Assembly (NCBI RefSeq): GCF_018350175.1
Contig: NC_058375.1
Location: forward strand, 12,462,001-12,526,000
Direction of reading: 5' to 3'
DNA length: 64,000 nt
DNA from: Felis catus
Taxonomy: Eukaryota
Of the stretch, positions 1 through 11,960 are shown in pieces. A program made the position numbers and the translations under genes. Below the pieces are notes generated by a model, which did not search any database, was not told where the DNA came from, and worked only from the letters and a program-made list of their open reading frames with translations. Numbering within the stretch: position 1 is the stretch's first letter; the number at the start of each line of letters is the position of its first letter.

Positions 1-160
1 CGAGAGAGAGAGTGGAGGAGGGGCAGAGAGGGAGAGAGCATCCCAAGTAGGCTCCAAACTGTTAGCATAGAGCCTGACACAGGGCTGGAACTCACAAACC
101 ATGAGATCATGGCCTGAGCCGAAGTCAGATGCTCAACCGGCTGAGCCACCCAGGTGCCCC
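1..160 (-). mobile_element. CAN-SINE (SINEC_Fc type), continues off the window start
   Basis: Reverse complement of the ggggcacctgggtggctcag...tcaggccatgatctc tRNA-derived head plus (CT)n body. Confidence 0.95.
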
Positions 161-489
161 CTGAAGAGCGTTTCTTTATCAGCGCCCCTGCCAGGAGGGG
201 GAGGCTTCCCTGATTTACTCAGGGCATGTATTTGCCCGGGACCCAGATCGGGGAGACAGACCTAGCACGTTTTTAGGGAACAGGGTGACCCCATCTGCAA
301 ATTAGTTTGAGGAGGGGAAGGCTGGGAGGCAACGATGGGGGGGAGGGGCAAGGAGAAGGGCAAAATCCAAAGGTTGTTATTCAGGGTGAAGGTGACTGTC
401 TCTGCATTAATTTGATTTTGCTTTCCTTTAGACGCTTGCCCTAGCATTCCATCCTTCCAAAGAGCTACCCTTTGAAGTTTTCCTTTTCC

Positions 490-1500
490 CAATATTTTCT
501 GAGCACTGGCTGAACCGTCACCATTCCTGCCACTGGGGATAGAGCAGGGACCAGTGGCAGACAAAGACCCTGCCCTTCTGGGGCTTCTATTCGATCGAAG
601 GGAGACAGACATCCAGCAAGGCAAGGAGGTGAATTGTGATGTCTGTTAAAGGAGGAGGGTCCCATAGAGCAGGGAAGGGGAGAGAGTGCGCTAGTTGGAA
701 AATTTACACTTACACACGGGGTGGGCAGGGAAGCTTTCACGGGAAGGAGGCATTCTGGCGAGGGAGCTAGCTGGGAGACAGGAGGCTACCGAGGGGACAG
801 GGGGTGGGGGAAACACTAGGCAGAGAGAAAAGCAGGTGCAAAGGCCCTGAGGTAGGTAAATGCCGACTGTATCCAGGATCCGTGGGCAAGGAGGCTGGTG
901 TGGCCAGAGTGGAGGGAGAGAGGTGAGGAAATGAGGTGGGAGGGGTCAGGGGTTTAGGGGAGGTCATATAGGGTCTCAGCTGGAGACCTGAGGGCACTGA
1001 GTAGATGGGGGACATGATTCTTCTTTTTAAAAATGGACTACTTTTCTCTCTCTGTGTCGAGAAGGAGCCAAAAGACACAGCAGGGAAATCAGGATTCCCG
1101 TGTGACAATCCAAGTGAGCCATGAGCATGGCAAGAAATGGTTGTTTTCAGATGTGTTCTGAAGGTGGGGCCGCTGGATTCATTGATTGCGGGGTGCGGGA
1201 GCAAAACACAAAGGTGACCGTAATTTTCAGCCTAAGCACGGAGTCACTGTCATCAGAGGAGAGGGGAGACCCACGGGGTAGAAGCAGGTTGGAGTGGTGG
1301 GGGAGGGCAGCGGATGAGAAGAGGGGACCCCTGGGGAGCTCCGTTTGGGACACGTTGAGCTGCGATGCCACGGGACGTCCACGTGGAGACGGGAGCAGGC
1401 CGCTGGCCCCGAGCGCGGAGTTGGGAAGAGGTCTGGCCTGGACGCGGAGTCACGTGAGTCGTTCGCTTCAGCGCAGGCGCATCATTAGAGCCTCGAAACC
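490..1500 (-). mobile_element. L2 LINE 3' relic
   Basis: Typical antisense L2 motifs (cagacaaagaccctgccc, aaggccctgaggtagg, ttgggacacgttgag); boundaries approximate. Confidence 0.75.
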
Positions 1501-1569
1501 ACATAGGGTCTCCGAGGGAACAGCAGCTCGGATGGTATCTAGACAGCTGCTCGCAGCTTCGCCAGCTCA

Positions 1570-1700
1570 GGGCTCACGTTTCACAGGAGAAAAAGTGAGG
1601 TCCAGAGAGGGGAGGTTTCTGGTCCAAGGTTGCACAGCCAGCTGATGGCAAAATTAGGAATAAGACTTTGATTCCCCGGTTGCCAAGGTCGGCGTCCTTT
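1570..1700 (-). mobile_element. MIR
   Basis: tttcacaggagaaaaagtgaggtccagagagg...ccaaggttgcacagc, antisense MIR core. Confidence 0.7.
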
Positions 1701-1724
1701 CCTGCATCCAGCTTCTGAGTGCCT

Positions 1725-1932
1725 TTTTTTTCCCCTTTAAATGTCTATTTCCTTATTTTTGAAAGAGAGAGCAGGGGAGGGGCAGAGAGAGCGGGAGAGA
1801 GAGAATCCCAAGCAGGCTCCACACTGTCAGCATGGAGCCCAAGGTGGGGCTCGATCCCACGAACCGCAAGATCGTGACCTGAGCTGAAATCAAGAGTAGG
1901 ACGCTTAACCGACTGAGCCACTCAGGCGCCCC
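1725..1932 (-). mobile_element. CAN-SINE, full length
   Basis: Head, CT body and tail; TSD tctgagtgccttttt (1714-1728) / tcttagtgccttttt (1933-1947). Confidence 0.95.
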
Positions 1933-2491
1933 TCTTAGTGCCTTTTTGTGATGAGTAAGGCTCACGGGGCTCTAACCCTTTGTCATCTGACCATGAGGTC
2001 GTCAGAGAGTGGGGATGGCCTCCCCCTGCCACGTGGCCGTCGAGGGCATTAGGACTTCTGCTCCTTGCTCCCCAGTCCCATCTATGCCGCCTCCTCCAGG
2101 AAGCCATCCTCTCAGGCCTATGTCACCTGGACCTTCATTTGTCTTCTGCCCATGTCACCAGACTCCGGGCTCTGGGTCTTTGCCACTTTGTGTCCCATCG
2201 CCCAGGGGTCAGCAGCTGGCGGTGACAGCGAGCCTCTCCTTGCCCAGATCCTGCTCAGCTTCCTCTGAATCCTTCCCCGTGAGGTGCTGACCTCTGGGTT
2301 TCCACGTTCCAGCGTCTCTGCACTGTCCTGCGTCCTCTGCAAGAACCCCGCTGAACCAGCTCAGCCAGGAGCCCTCATTCGCCACGTCTGATCACCCCCC
2401 ATGGCTGATGGGCTTCCTCACGCCCCGCCACCGCCCTGGGGACGTCTGGTCACCCTGGCCTGCCTTCAGTGGGACTCCAACTAGGTGGGTG

Positions 2492-3335
2492 TGTGATAGG
2501 GCAATTTAGAATAAGAAATGCATTTGGTCTTCCTCCGGTTCTGGCCCAGAGACCCTGAAACCCTTGCAATTTCCTATAGAAGAGCCATCAGCAGGGGCAT
2601 CTTTTGTTGTGATATTTACTTCTGTCCTCAGTTCCTGAAATGGCTTGGTCTTCTGTTACCTGTGACAGGTGCCTTTCAGCTGCCCCTGAGTTTATGTTAC
2701 TGAGGTCAGTTTTGGAAAGGCCCTGAGATGGGGGCTGGGTGCTGGGAGAAACTAACAAGCTTGGAAGCTTCCGACGTTCAGCCCTGTCCCCAGGACCTCA
2801 GGGTGGGGAGAGGGGCTGGAGAAGGCGTTCAATCACCTATGGCCAATGTTTTCATTCATCCCAATGTAATGAAGCCTCCATTAAACCCCCAAAGGACAGG
2901 GCTCAGGGTCCCGAGATTCAGAGAGCTTCTGGGTCGGTGGGTGTGGAGGTGCTGGGAGGGGGGATGGCCCCTGGGGGGGGGAGGGCGGGCTCAGAAGCTC
3001 CTCCCCTTCCCGTACACCCTGCCCCGTGCCCCCTCCCTCCTATCCTGCTCTTCCCAAGCCACATCCTGTGATAACTCAGCGATCGAGTACGTCACGTTCT
3101 GTGAGTTCTGTGAGCGAATTAACCCAACCCGAGGAGGGGGTGGGGAACGTCCAACCTGCAGCCAGCCGGGCCGGGGGTGCAGGTGACAACCTGGCCCGCG
3201 GTTGGCTTCTGAAGCAGGGGCAGTCTTTTAGGACGGAGCCCTGCCCGGCTGGGATCTGATGCCATCCAGGTAGATAGCGTCGGAACCGAGGTACATCGCA
3301 GGCCCCTAGCCCGGAAGTGTTCGGAAGGAAGACAA
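2492..3335 (+). mobile_element. Solo LTR, MER21-like (ERVL class)
   Basis: Starts tgtgat...aataagaaatgcatttggtc...aaacccttgcaatttcct; contains aatcacctatggccaatg, tgtaatgaagcctcca and ctgtgagttctgtgagc, all characteristic of MER21. Confidence 0.8.
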
Positions 3336-4063
3336 GTGTGCCCTCTTCCTTCATTGTTGCTTAAGCCAGAATCCCGCCCCCACCCCCGCCGCCCCCCGCC
3401 TCCCCCCCACCCCCGATGTTTCCTCTTGGAAACTCTCCATCCATCCACACCCACCCTGCTCCTTGTCTTTGCCTGCCCACCTTCCCTCGCTGGGTCCCTT
3501 GCTTGAGCCCAGTCTCTGTCCCCTCCTGCAGAGTCCCCTGCAATGGAACCCTCCGTTCACGGCCCGTAGTGCCCCCGAGTCAAGCCTGCCTTGCTGCCCT
3601 TTGACAAGTGCCATGACTAATTTTTTTTCTTTTACTGGAGAAACTGCCTTGTAGGGGGTAATGTCTCTCCTTGAGGGAAGAAGTAACCTCTTTGGGGGTG
3701 GGACCCACGTGCTTTGCCGTTTCTGTCAATGGTGCCAGGCCCAGCCCGGCACCGGGGACGTGTAAGTGACGCGGGAGGGTTTGGAAGGCGGCGGGCTGGT
3801 GGCCCTGACCGGTCGGATCTCATGCCCCACAGTCTTGACTTTGGGATGACACATCTAAGGCCGGAGGTAAAGGAGGAGACTTCCAGTGGTTTTCTCTGAG
3901 CTGAGGGCCAAGAAATGGGTGCGAGGGTGGGGATCTTTGCCTCTCGTTGTGGATAAACCCGGAGAAACTTGTCTTCGCTCGGAACCGTTCTCTTCGCGGA
4001 GGATCCTTCCTCCCCACTTAGCTCCTGAAAACGGTCCCTGGGTGTGCAAATAGCCCTCTCAGT

Positions 4064-4278
4064 GCAGAGTGTTCAGGCCCTCCTGACATTGGGGGCCGGG
4101 TGGGTCTTCTTTGTGGGGGCCATCGTGCTATGTGGCACAGCCTCCCTCGCCCCCACCCGCTAGGTGCCGGTAACATCTGCCTCTCCCACCTGACCCCCAA
4201 ACGTCTCCAGACACCTGCCAGATGTTCCCTGGGAGCACGATCGCCTCCCCCCCACCCCGCCCCCAGCTGAGCACCACG
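4064..4278 (-). mobile_element. MER20 (hAT-Charlie)
   Basis: ccaaacgtctccagacacctgccagatgttccctggg matches antisense MER20. Confidence 0.8.
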
Positions 4279-5197
4279 GAGTTACTGTTTGGGATTATTT
4301 TCATCTGTGGCAGCAGGAAGGGGGGGCTGGAGTGGGGCCCCGATGGGGGAGGTGACCAGAACCAGATGTGTAGCTTTGATCGCTACCCTGAAACCCACTT
4401 TATGGGCACGTGTTTCCTATCTAGAGGGTTTTTTTTTTTTTTCCAGAGACAGCTTTTTTTTTTCACTGTTATAAACTCTCAGTGGGGGACGGGGGGCCCC
4501 GAGAGACTTACCTGGCTCCCCCTATACCGCTGAAGGGGCCGACCAGAGAGCGATGTCGCGGTTGATGAACACGGATCCAAATCTCCCCAGGGAAGGGGAA
4601 GGAGGGCGAGTCTGGCGTCCGATCCTGGCCCGGCAGAGGATGGCCGTGTGACCTCCAGCTCGCCGTTAGCCTCTCTGAGCCCTGAGGTTCCGAGGCACCC
4701 AGGGATGGGAGGTGCCCAGAAGGCAGCGCGCGTGTGGCCCGTCGTCGGCTGGCCCCGTAGAGGCTAACTCTCCGTTTTAGCTCCGAACGGCGATGCCGAG
4801 CCTGGCCGCCTAATGGCCTCATGATGTTGAACTCTGCAGAGACAAAACCAAACGTCAAGGTCGTTCCCCCCACGCAGGTGTGAGGGCGAATTCACGTCGG
4901 GTGGTTATGCTGTGCGGGCAGCACTGGGAGCCAGGAAGGAGGAAGGAGCAAAGGGCTGGGATCTGGAGACGTCCTCTGTTGACTTCTTGCTTGGTGCCCG
5001 ACCCACTCCAGTGTTCCTCCGAAGTTTGACGTTTTCTTGCAAATGTCTGGGGAAGATTAAAGAAGCACGCGCACGAGCGAGCATGAACGCACGCGCGGTG
5101 GCTGCGAAGGAAGGGGCTCGTCTGCTCAATTCTGCCTTCGTTACTTACAGTGCGTTGTGCCCCCGGGGCCCCCGCAAACCCCTAAAACACCACTCTC

Positions 5198-5220
5198 GGG
5201 GGTGGGGGTGGGGGTGGGGG
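5198..5220 (+). repeat. (GGGGGT)n G-quadruplex-forming motif
   Basis: Four G5 runs separated by single T. Confidence 0.85.
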
Positions 5221-5460
5221 CGTCTGCAGGTGGCACCATGGCCGTAGGAAGAGCGCACGTTGCTTTGAACAAGCAGCAGAGAGAGAACAGGTTAGACCGC
5301 AACTTGACTCGTATGGATTGAGAGACCTGAGCCAGACACATCAAATAATTAGCCCCCAGGACTGGTCTGTGTGAGGCCTCTTCTCCTTTGGGTTCTGATA
5401 AAGGGCCCAAGGTTCTAGTTTGTTCTGAAAGCTCCTGGATTTGAAGAGCTGAAAAGCCAA

Positions 5461-5792
5461 NNNNNNNNNNNNNNNNNNNNNNNNNNNNNNNNNNNNNNNN
5501 NNNNNNNNNNNNNNNNNNNNNNNNNNNNNNNNNNNNNNNNNNNNNNNNNNNNNNNNNNNNNNNNNNNNNNNNNNNNNNNNNNNNNNNNNNNNNNNNNNNN
5601 NNNNNNNNNNNNNNNNNNNNNNNNNNNNNNNNNNNNNNNNNNNNNNNNNNNNNNNNNNNNNNNNNNNNNNNNNNNNNNNNNNNNNNNNNNNNNNNNNNNN
5701 NNNNNNNNNNNNNNNNNNNNNNNNNNNNNNNNNNNNNNNNNNNNNNNNNNNNNNNNNNNNNNNNNNNNNNNNNNNNNNNNNNNNNNNNNNNN
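5461..5792. other. Assembly gap (N)
   Basis: Run of N followed by a (TTCC)/(ATCC) low-complexity tract. Confidence 1.
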
Positions 5793-6164
5793 TCCCTCCT
5801 TTCCTTCTGTCCATCCATCCAATGGTATTATCCAGGCAAACCCTTCCTGCCCCCAACTAGTTCAGTGCAACCTACCCAATCTCCATGCAGGTGAACCTTT
5901 AAATCAATCGCATGCCCGGGACACAATTTACATTTTAATGCACGAGATGTGCGTCACTATCGGGTAGAGTCCCAAGTTACCTTAGAGGCCGGAAACGGGT
6001 AGGCAGGCAGCCAGTCGAGACTCTCATGACATTTCGGTCTTTCGTGATTTTTCCCTACACTCCTTATCGTCTTCCGGCTTCGCTTTACCCCTGCTCTCTC
6101 TGGTCCAGCCGCCCAGCCTCCTCCTGCCCCTTGGACAGGCTAAGCTTCCGCCTCGGAGATGTTG

Positions 6165-6460
6165 CCCTTGCTGTCCCATCTGGCTGGAATGCGCTGCTCC
6201 CACATATCCGAGTTCCTTCAAGCCCTCATCGCCCTCGGTCTCCGCTCAGATGTCACCTCCTCCAGGCAGCCGAAACAAAAGTGCCACCCACGCCTGTCCC
6301 CTTCTCTGCTGTCTCTCTCTCCCCAGCACTTACTGGCACATTCTGTACTTCCTCCTAACCCGCAGGAGCCTGTCTCCCACTCTGCACGGTTGTGGCCAGA
6401 AGGAAGGCGTTGACTGCTGGGTCCCCGGCAGTGGGACTTCCGCTAGCTTTAGAACGGGAA
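6165..6460 (+). mobile_element. L2 relic
   Basis: cttgctgtcccatctggctggaatgc...ctcagatgtcacctcctccagg sense L2 motifs. Confidence 0.65.
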
Positions 6461-6804
6461 ATGAGCTTACGATCTTTTTGGCATCCCATCGTTGCAAGGA
6501 CGAGGAAACCAAGGGCGGGGGGAGAGAGGCACTCGTCACCCCCATGCAGTGGGTCCAGCTCAGGGCCAGGCAGTGGGAAGGGGTGGGGACACCTGTGTTC
6601 CAGAACCTTCTGCTGCCGGACTGAGTCCTTGCTCTGGGAGCCTGGGCCAAGTTCCTCCAGCTCGGCGAGTCCCTGTCTCCGGGTCTGGAGCTCAGGTGCA
6701 CCACCGCCGGTGCTCTGTGGGAGGATGGAGAATGGTCCAGCGGGGCGACCCTGCAGCGAATGTCAGCATGTTACTAGGAACCCACAAAATCGTGATATAG
6801 GGCC

Positions 6805-7210
6805 ACACAGTTCTCAGAATGCGGGCCAGCCTGTGTGCTCGCGAGCTCACCTGCTTTTTTTTTTTAAGTTTATTTATTTATTTTGGTGGTGGGGGGGGAG
6901 GGGGCACAGACAGAGGGAGAGGGAGAATCCCCAGCAGGCTCCGCACTGTCAGCGCAGAGCCCAACGCGGGGCTCGAACTCACGAACTGTGAGACCGTGGC
7001 CCGAGCCGAAATCAAGTCGGACGCTTAACGGACTGAGTCACCCAGGCGCCCCTCACCTGGTTTGTGAAGGGAACTAGCAGGGAGTTGGTTTGGGGGAGTC
7101 CGGATCGGAGCAGGACTCTCAGGGATGGCTCAGAGCGGTGGTCCTCTGAGCTGCATCTGGGGGTCGATCATCTGCGTTTCCAACAAGTTCCCAGGCGGCC
7201 AGGTGCCGCC
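6805..7210 (+). mobile_element. MER5A-like hAT relic split by a SINE
   Basis: cagttctcagaatgcggg...tcacctg before the SINE and atctgcgtttccaacaagttcccagg after it. Confidence 0.5.
6855..7052 (-). mobile_element. CAN-SINE
   Basis: Full head and tail; TSD tcacctg(c/g)ttt. Confidence 0.95.
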
Positions 7211-7376
7211 AGCCATCAGCCGAGCTCACGGCCCAGCTCCTACTCTCTTCCTCTGCCTTTGCTGACTGAGGCTCCCTCCAACTTGTGGTTCCCGTTTCTG
7301 CCTGCTCAGCCCGTGCAGTGCCTTCCTCCACCTCCCCCACCCAACTGGGATTTCCTCTTCTGTCCTCAGGCTGGAG

Positions 7377-7440
7377 GAGCCTGATGAAGGGCTGGAACTC
7401 ACGAACCTTGAGACCATGACCTGAGCTGAAACCAGGAGTC
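7377..7440 (-). mobile_element. Internal CAN-SINE fragment
   Basis: gagcctgatgaagggctggaactcacgaaccttgagaccatgacctgagctgaaacc; lacks 5' end and tail. Confidence 0.8.
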
Positions 7441-7734
7441 CAGCTTTTTCAGGGTGGCCCTTGCCGGTGGCTCTGGCCGCTCGAACCTAAACGGTTTTGG
7501 CCTCAGTGAACTGCATTTCTGAATCAGGCTACCCATCTCTCAATGTAGGACACCTCCTCCAGGAAGCCTTTCCAGACCACCCGGTCTTGGTTGGGTATTG
7601 CTCCCGAGTCCTGTGCTTACCCCTCTCTTAAACAGTCCATTTCCCGTCAGGGGACTGCACTCCCATCAGGGAAGGAAGGGATCATGCCCTTAATGGGCTC
7701 AGCATCCCTAGTCCTCTTGGTGTCCTTTTCGCCG

Positions 7735-7753
7735 AGGCCAGCAGAGGGCGCCC
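7735..7753 (+). promoter_or_regulatory. CTCF motif
   Basis: aggCCAGCAGAGGGCGCcc matches CCASYAGRKGGCRS. Confidence 0.65.
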
Positions 7754-7839
7754 CAGCTCCACGATTCCACCCCTGCCCTCAGGAGGCATCCGGACAAAGG
7801 TGAGGGGCTTCCCTTGCTGTTTGGAAACCAGGTCACCTG

Positions 7840-8230
7840 TGGTTAAGAGCCCAGGACTCGGCCCATACATTCCTAACTGTGTGATCTTGGGCCTGGTGAT
7901 TTGCCCCTCAGACCCTCAATTTTTCTCTTCTACAAATTGGCTATAACAACGCCCCTAAGGATTTTGTATTTAACAAAATGATCATGTGAAACCCTTAGCC
8001 CCGACTGGCTCAGGATTTGTGAGTCCGCCACCGACTAGCTTGGTGACCACGAACTCGTGACGTCACCTCTCTGTGCCTCAGTTTTCTCATCTGTGGTATG
8101 GGGATAATTTTAACCACCCCTTCCATAGGGCAGTTGTGAAAATTGAGACGATACATGTAAAACACCCAAGAACAGTGTGGGGCATGTGGTTGTGCTATAT
8201 TATAATTTCCCTTTATTGTTATTATTACCC
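7840..8230 (+). mobile_element. Two tandem MIRs
   Basis: ctgtgtgatcttgggc and cctctctgtgcctcagttttctcatctgt cores. Confidence 0.8.
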
Positions 8231-8779
8231 GGTGATGATGATCATACTCAAGGTCCGGGTTCACATTCCAGCTGATTGTGGCTCCAGAGGAAAGGCAGCT
8301 CCTCCCTGCCTTCCTACGCTCTCCCTGCTCCCCCAGACCTAATGCTCCTGGTGGGGTCACGGTCTGTGTCCCAGCTTCTCCTGGGAAGGGTCGGTCGAGG
8401 CTTTTGGCCTGAGCTGGGGTGCCAGTGCGTCTGGAAACTTGGCTCCCCTGAGTCAGGCTGCAGCTCGCGGCAGGAGGGGGAGCCTGGGGGGCCCCCGGGA
8501 TGCCCCTATGCCTACCCCACCCTGAAACGAGACTACCCTGATCCCCGGATGAGCCCTGCTCCCGGGGTTGGGAGGGGGAGGCAGCGGGCAGCAGGGAGGC
8601 CGGGGGCCAGGTCAGCCTTCCAGCCAAACTGGGGGATGGGGGCGGGCTGAACTGTATGCTGCCTCCATCTACCTAAAGGAGACCAAAAAAAAAATAAATA
8701 AATAAATAATCCTTGTCTTCTCTTTCCCTCTCCGGGCAGGTTGGTAGAGAAACATCTCCATCAAGGACAAAAGTCCACA

Positions 8780-8890
8780 TTTTGGAGCCTGAAGGTCTGG
8801 CTTTGAACCCTGACTTTACTTCCTATCGGCTGTGTGATATCAGGCACGCGAATGAACCTCTCTGAACCTCAGTTTCCCCATAGTGATGCA
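8780..8890 (+). mobile_element. MIR
   Basis: aacctctctgaacctcagtttcccca core. Confidence 0.75.
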
Positions 8891-9253
8891 GGGAGGGTCA
8901 AAAACGTGAAACACATGTTGTAGGTGTGTGTTTTGCCGTTGCTTTCGAGATTCTGTGTTGTCTTCAGTTAAACAGCACAAGATTAGAGTTGACCCTTGAA
9001 CAACGTGGGGGTTAGGGGCGCAGACACCCCGCACGGTGGAAAATCCACGTACAACTTTTGATCCCCCCAAACTTTAACTCTTTCTAGCCTCCTGTTAACC
9101 AGAAGCCTTACTGATAACACAAGCCGTCGATTAACACGTATTTTGTGTGTTGTATGTATTATACGCTGTATTCTTACGATAAAGCAAGCCAGAGAAAAGA
9201 AAATGTTAAATCAAATGGGAGTGTGGAGGGCCGAGGGCAGACCGCCCCAAGAT

Positions 9254-9433
9254 NNNNNNNNNNNNNNNNNNNNNNNNNNNNNNNNNNNNNNNNNNNNNNN
9301 NNNNNNNNNNNNNNNNNNNNNNNNNNNNNNNNNNNNNNNNNNNNNNNNNNNNNNNNNNNNNNNNNNNNNNNNNNNNNNNNNNNNNNNNNNNNNNNNNNNN
9401 NNNNNNNNNNNNNNNNNNNNNNNNNNNNNNNNN
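9254..9433. other. Assembly gap (N)
   Basis: Run of N covering a SINE body/tail. Confidence 1.
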
Positions 9434-9541
9434 TGTGCTGTAGAGCCCGATGCGGGGCTTGAACTTACAAACCGTTGAGATCATGACCTGAGCCGAAATC
9501 AAGAGTCGGACACTTAACGGACTGAGCCAGCCAGGTGCCCC
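9434..9541 (-). mobile_element. CAN-SINE head (rest in gap)
   Basis: gagcccgatgcggggcttgaact...ccaggtgcccc. Confidence 0.95.
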
Positions 9542-10259
9542 TGGCAAGAAGGTTATTTTGAGCCGATGGCAATTGAGACCCTGAGGCCTCGAGAGAAATA
9601 TTTGTCCCTCCCTTAACTACATAGAAGCATGTAAATTGGGGTCTTTCCCAGAAGCAGGGCTATTATCAGAGACACATTTTATCTGAGTGACCCATCTATA
9701 TGGCAGGAGAGACATCTAATTACCAAACATCTCCTCTCATCGCCCTGTGAGGTGCATTTCTTTCCTCCGAAGTCCCTGCCCCCTGCCCCCTTCTCTTTAG
9801 CTCAGAACGATGTGCGTATCTCATCGTGCCCGACTGTCTCTGGAATCTCCGTGTCTGTGTGGATTCCCCGTACCCACTCTATTAAATTTTATCTTCTCCC
9901 ATTAATCTGTCTCAAGTCAATTTGATTCTTGGTCCAGCCGGAAGGACTCCGGAAGGGGGACGGGAGTTCTTGCTCCCCGACAGAGGAAAGGATACATTTA
10001 TAGTGCTGTACTGTATCTATTGAGAAAAGAAATCCACATGGACGTTCCAAATCCGTGCAGTTCGAACCCATGTTGCTCAAGGATCCCGTGTAGATTCTCG
10101 CCACGAGCTGCGGGCCTGACCCCAAGCTTCACGTGCTCCTGTCTCTGAGTCAAGAGGTGGGGCTACTACCCTTCGGACGAAGGGGAAGCCGCTCAGAACA
10201 CTGGCCCTTTACGGTTGTGACTTTGGCAATGCCACATAGCAACAGTGAGAGGTAGCATC

Positions 10260-10340
10260 ATCATGCCCATTTGTAGGGAAGAAAACTTAGGCCCCAGGAG
10301 GTGGAATGACTTGCACAAGAGCCACATCTGTAAGACCGGG
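10260..10340 (-). mobile_element. MIR
   Basis: cccatttgtagggaagaaaacttaggcccc...tgacttgcacaag. Confidence 0.65.
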
Positions 10341-10439
10341 GGTTTCGGCAGCTGCCTCTGGGGTGGAGGAGGGGGCACAAGAATAGGAACCAAGTCTCGC
10401 CCTTGACCCTGACCGCCATCCTGGCGTACTGCTCAGTGC

Positions 10440-10458
10440 ACAACGCCAGGGGGCACCG
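10440..10458 (+). promoter_or_regulatory. CTCF-like motif (weaker)
   Basis: aCGCCAGGGGGCACc, close to the core consensus. Confidence 0.4.
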
Positions 10459-11019
10459 TGCGCCTTGCAGAACCCTCCTGCTGCTCCCTGGCCCCCAGCG
10501 GAGCCGCAGCTGCGTCTGACTACCGATCTCTGTGAGGACAGTTCTGTGGGGACAGCACTGCGGCTGGTAATGACCAATTATGCTCATCACTGGCCTCTTG
10601 GGAAGCGGGCCCCCCTCCAAGCCATTGGCTTCAGCACCCCCTCCAACTTGCTTTCTGTTTCTGCCATGTCTTGGGTGCCCCCCAGCTGTTTGGGCTGTGA
10701 ACTTAATTCTCAGGATGACCCTGAGCTTGGCAGAAGGCAGGGCCAGTAGGAATCTAACGCATTCGTGGGTGGCCGGGAAAATCGACAGAAATAAGCTGTG
10801 CCTCTAGGGTTCTCGGTGAGGTGCCTCCACCTTAGAGGCCTGAGCTGGAAAGGACAGAGGCTCAAGTTGAATACTGAGCAAGTGTGGGTGATTCGGGGGC
10901 GGGGGGGCGGGCGAGAGAGTAGGAGGCAGTAATAGTGAAGCGACAGGCCTGCATTCAAATCCTGGCCCAACCACCGTATAAGTGACCAAAACACCCACCA
11001 CGCTCCGTTTCTCCCGGCG

Positions 11020-11375
11020 TCGTGGAGTCAGTTTTTCTACTCCTTGCCTCCACCGAAAGAACATGGTAGACAGAAGGACAAGTGACTTCTAAGTCAGGGG
11101 GTCAGGAGGTTCTGCCCGCTCGCACCTTCCTTCTCGGATCCTTGTGACCATCACGTGACACGAGCCTGGGGCCCATGAGGACCGCGTGGAGGACAGGATC
11201 CCGAGCACGTGCTTCCGAAACCAGCAGACGGCAGCCTTGTGAGCAAGCCAAGTCCAGCTGAGATCAACTCTGCGTAGTCCCGGCCAGAGGAACCGCACGG
11301 CCGACCGTGAGCTACGGTAGAGGCTTATCATCTTCAGCCATTAAATTTTTTCTTTTATTATGCGGCAAGCATTTG
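11020..11375 (+). mobile_element. MLT1 (MaLR) LTR relic
   Basis: gtgacttctaagtcagg, ttcagccattaaatttt...ttatgcggcaa resemble the MLT1 body and 3' end. Confidence 0.55.
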
Positions 11376-11442
11376 TTGAGACAGCCATTTATAGTTCAAT
11401 GATCATGGTCAAATTGCTCACCCTCGCTGAGCCTCGATTTCC

Positions 11443-11660
11443 TTTCTTTTTAATTAACATTTTTTAATGTTTGTTTTTGAGGGAGACACAGAGTGTGAGC
11501 GGGCGAGGGGCAGAGAGAGAGGGAGAGACAGAACCCGAGGCGGGCTCCAGGCTCTGAGCTGTCAGCACGGAACCTGACGCGGGGCTCGAACTCATAAAGC
11601 GTGAGATCACGGCCTGAGCCGAAGTCGGTCGCTCAACCGACTGAGCCACCCAGGCGCCCC
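11443..11660 (-). mobile_element. CAN-SINE (SINEC_Fc)
   Basis: Full-length head, CT body and tail. Confidence 0.95.
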
Positions 11661-11739
11661 TGCAAAGCCATTTGCAACCCTCACCACCATCGCCTGCACT
11701 CTCAGTAGAGTGAATGCACCCACATACCCTAGAGCTGTG

Positions 11740-11900
11740 TGAGCAGTTCTTACGGAAACCTCTCCGCAGCCCTCTGTCATCATCCCCTTTTTACACAAGT
11801 GGGAACAGGTGCACAGAGAAGCTCAGTGTCCCGTCCAAGGTCACGCGGCTGGTGAAAGAACTGGGACTGGAGCCCGGGCAGCCTGGCCCGGGGTGTTCAC
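11740..11900 (-). mobile_element. MIR
   Basis: ccccttttacac...ccaaggtcacgcggctgg. Confidence 0.7.
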
Positions 11901-11960
11901 TGTTAACCTCTGTGCTATAAAGGGCTTTCACATCCTGGGGCTTGTCTGAGCTTCCCCGAA

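Larger units (their letters stand above)
9222..9982 (+). mobile_element. Solo LTR, MER34-like (ERV1), containing a SINE and a gap
   Basis: TG...CA ends; ggttattttgagccgatggcaattgaga; ttaatctgtctc...ttgctccccgaca; degenerate 4-bp TSD ggag/gagg. Confidence 0.8.
8986..10090 (-). mobile_element. Tigger2a/MER28-like DNA transposon, interrupted by an LTR
   Basis: TIR gagttgacccttgaacaac ... tgttgctcaaggatcccgtg, flanked by TA on both sides (8984-85, 10091-92). Confidence 0.85.

Noticed and set aside
4266-4285. REST/RE1-like ctgagcaccacgga (and half-site ggacagcgcc at about 42331)
   Set aside because: Only one half-site matches in each case, and the first lies at a MER20 end
5141-5856. ORFs spanning N runs (also at 9.1, 25.4, 29.8 and 48.7 kb)
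   Set aside because: Artefacts of translating through assembly gaps
5871-5967. Short inverted repeat ctacccaat...atcgggtag around an AT-rich patch
   Set aside because: 9 bp with a mismatch that does not extend; cannot be assigned as a TIR element
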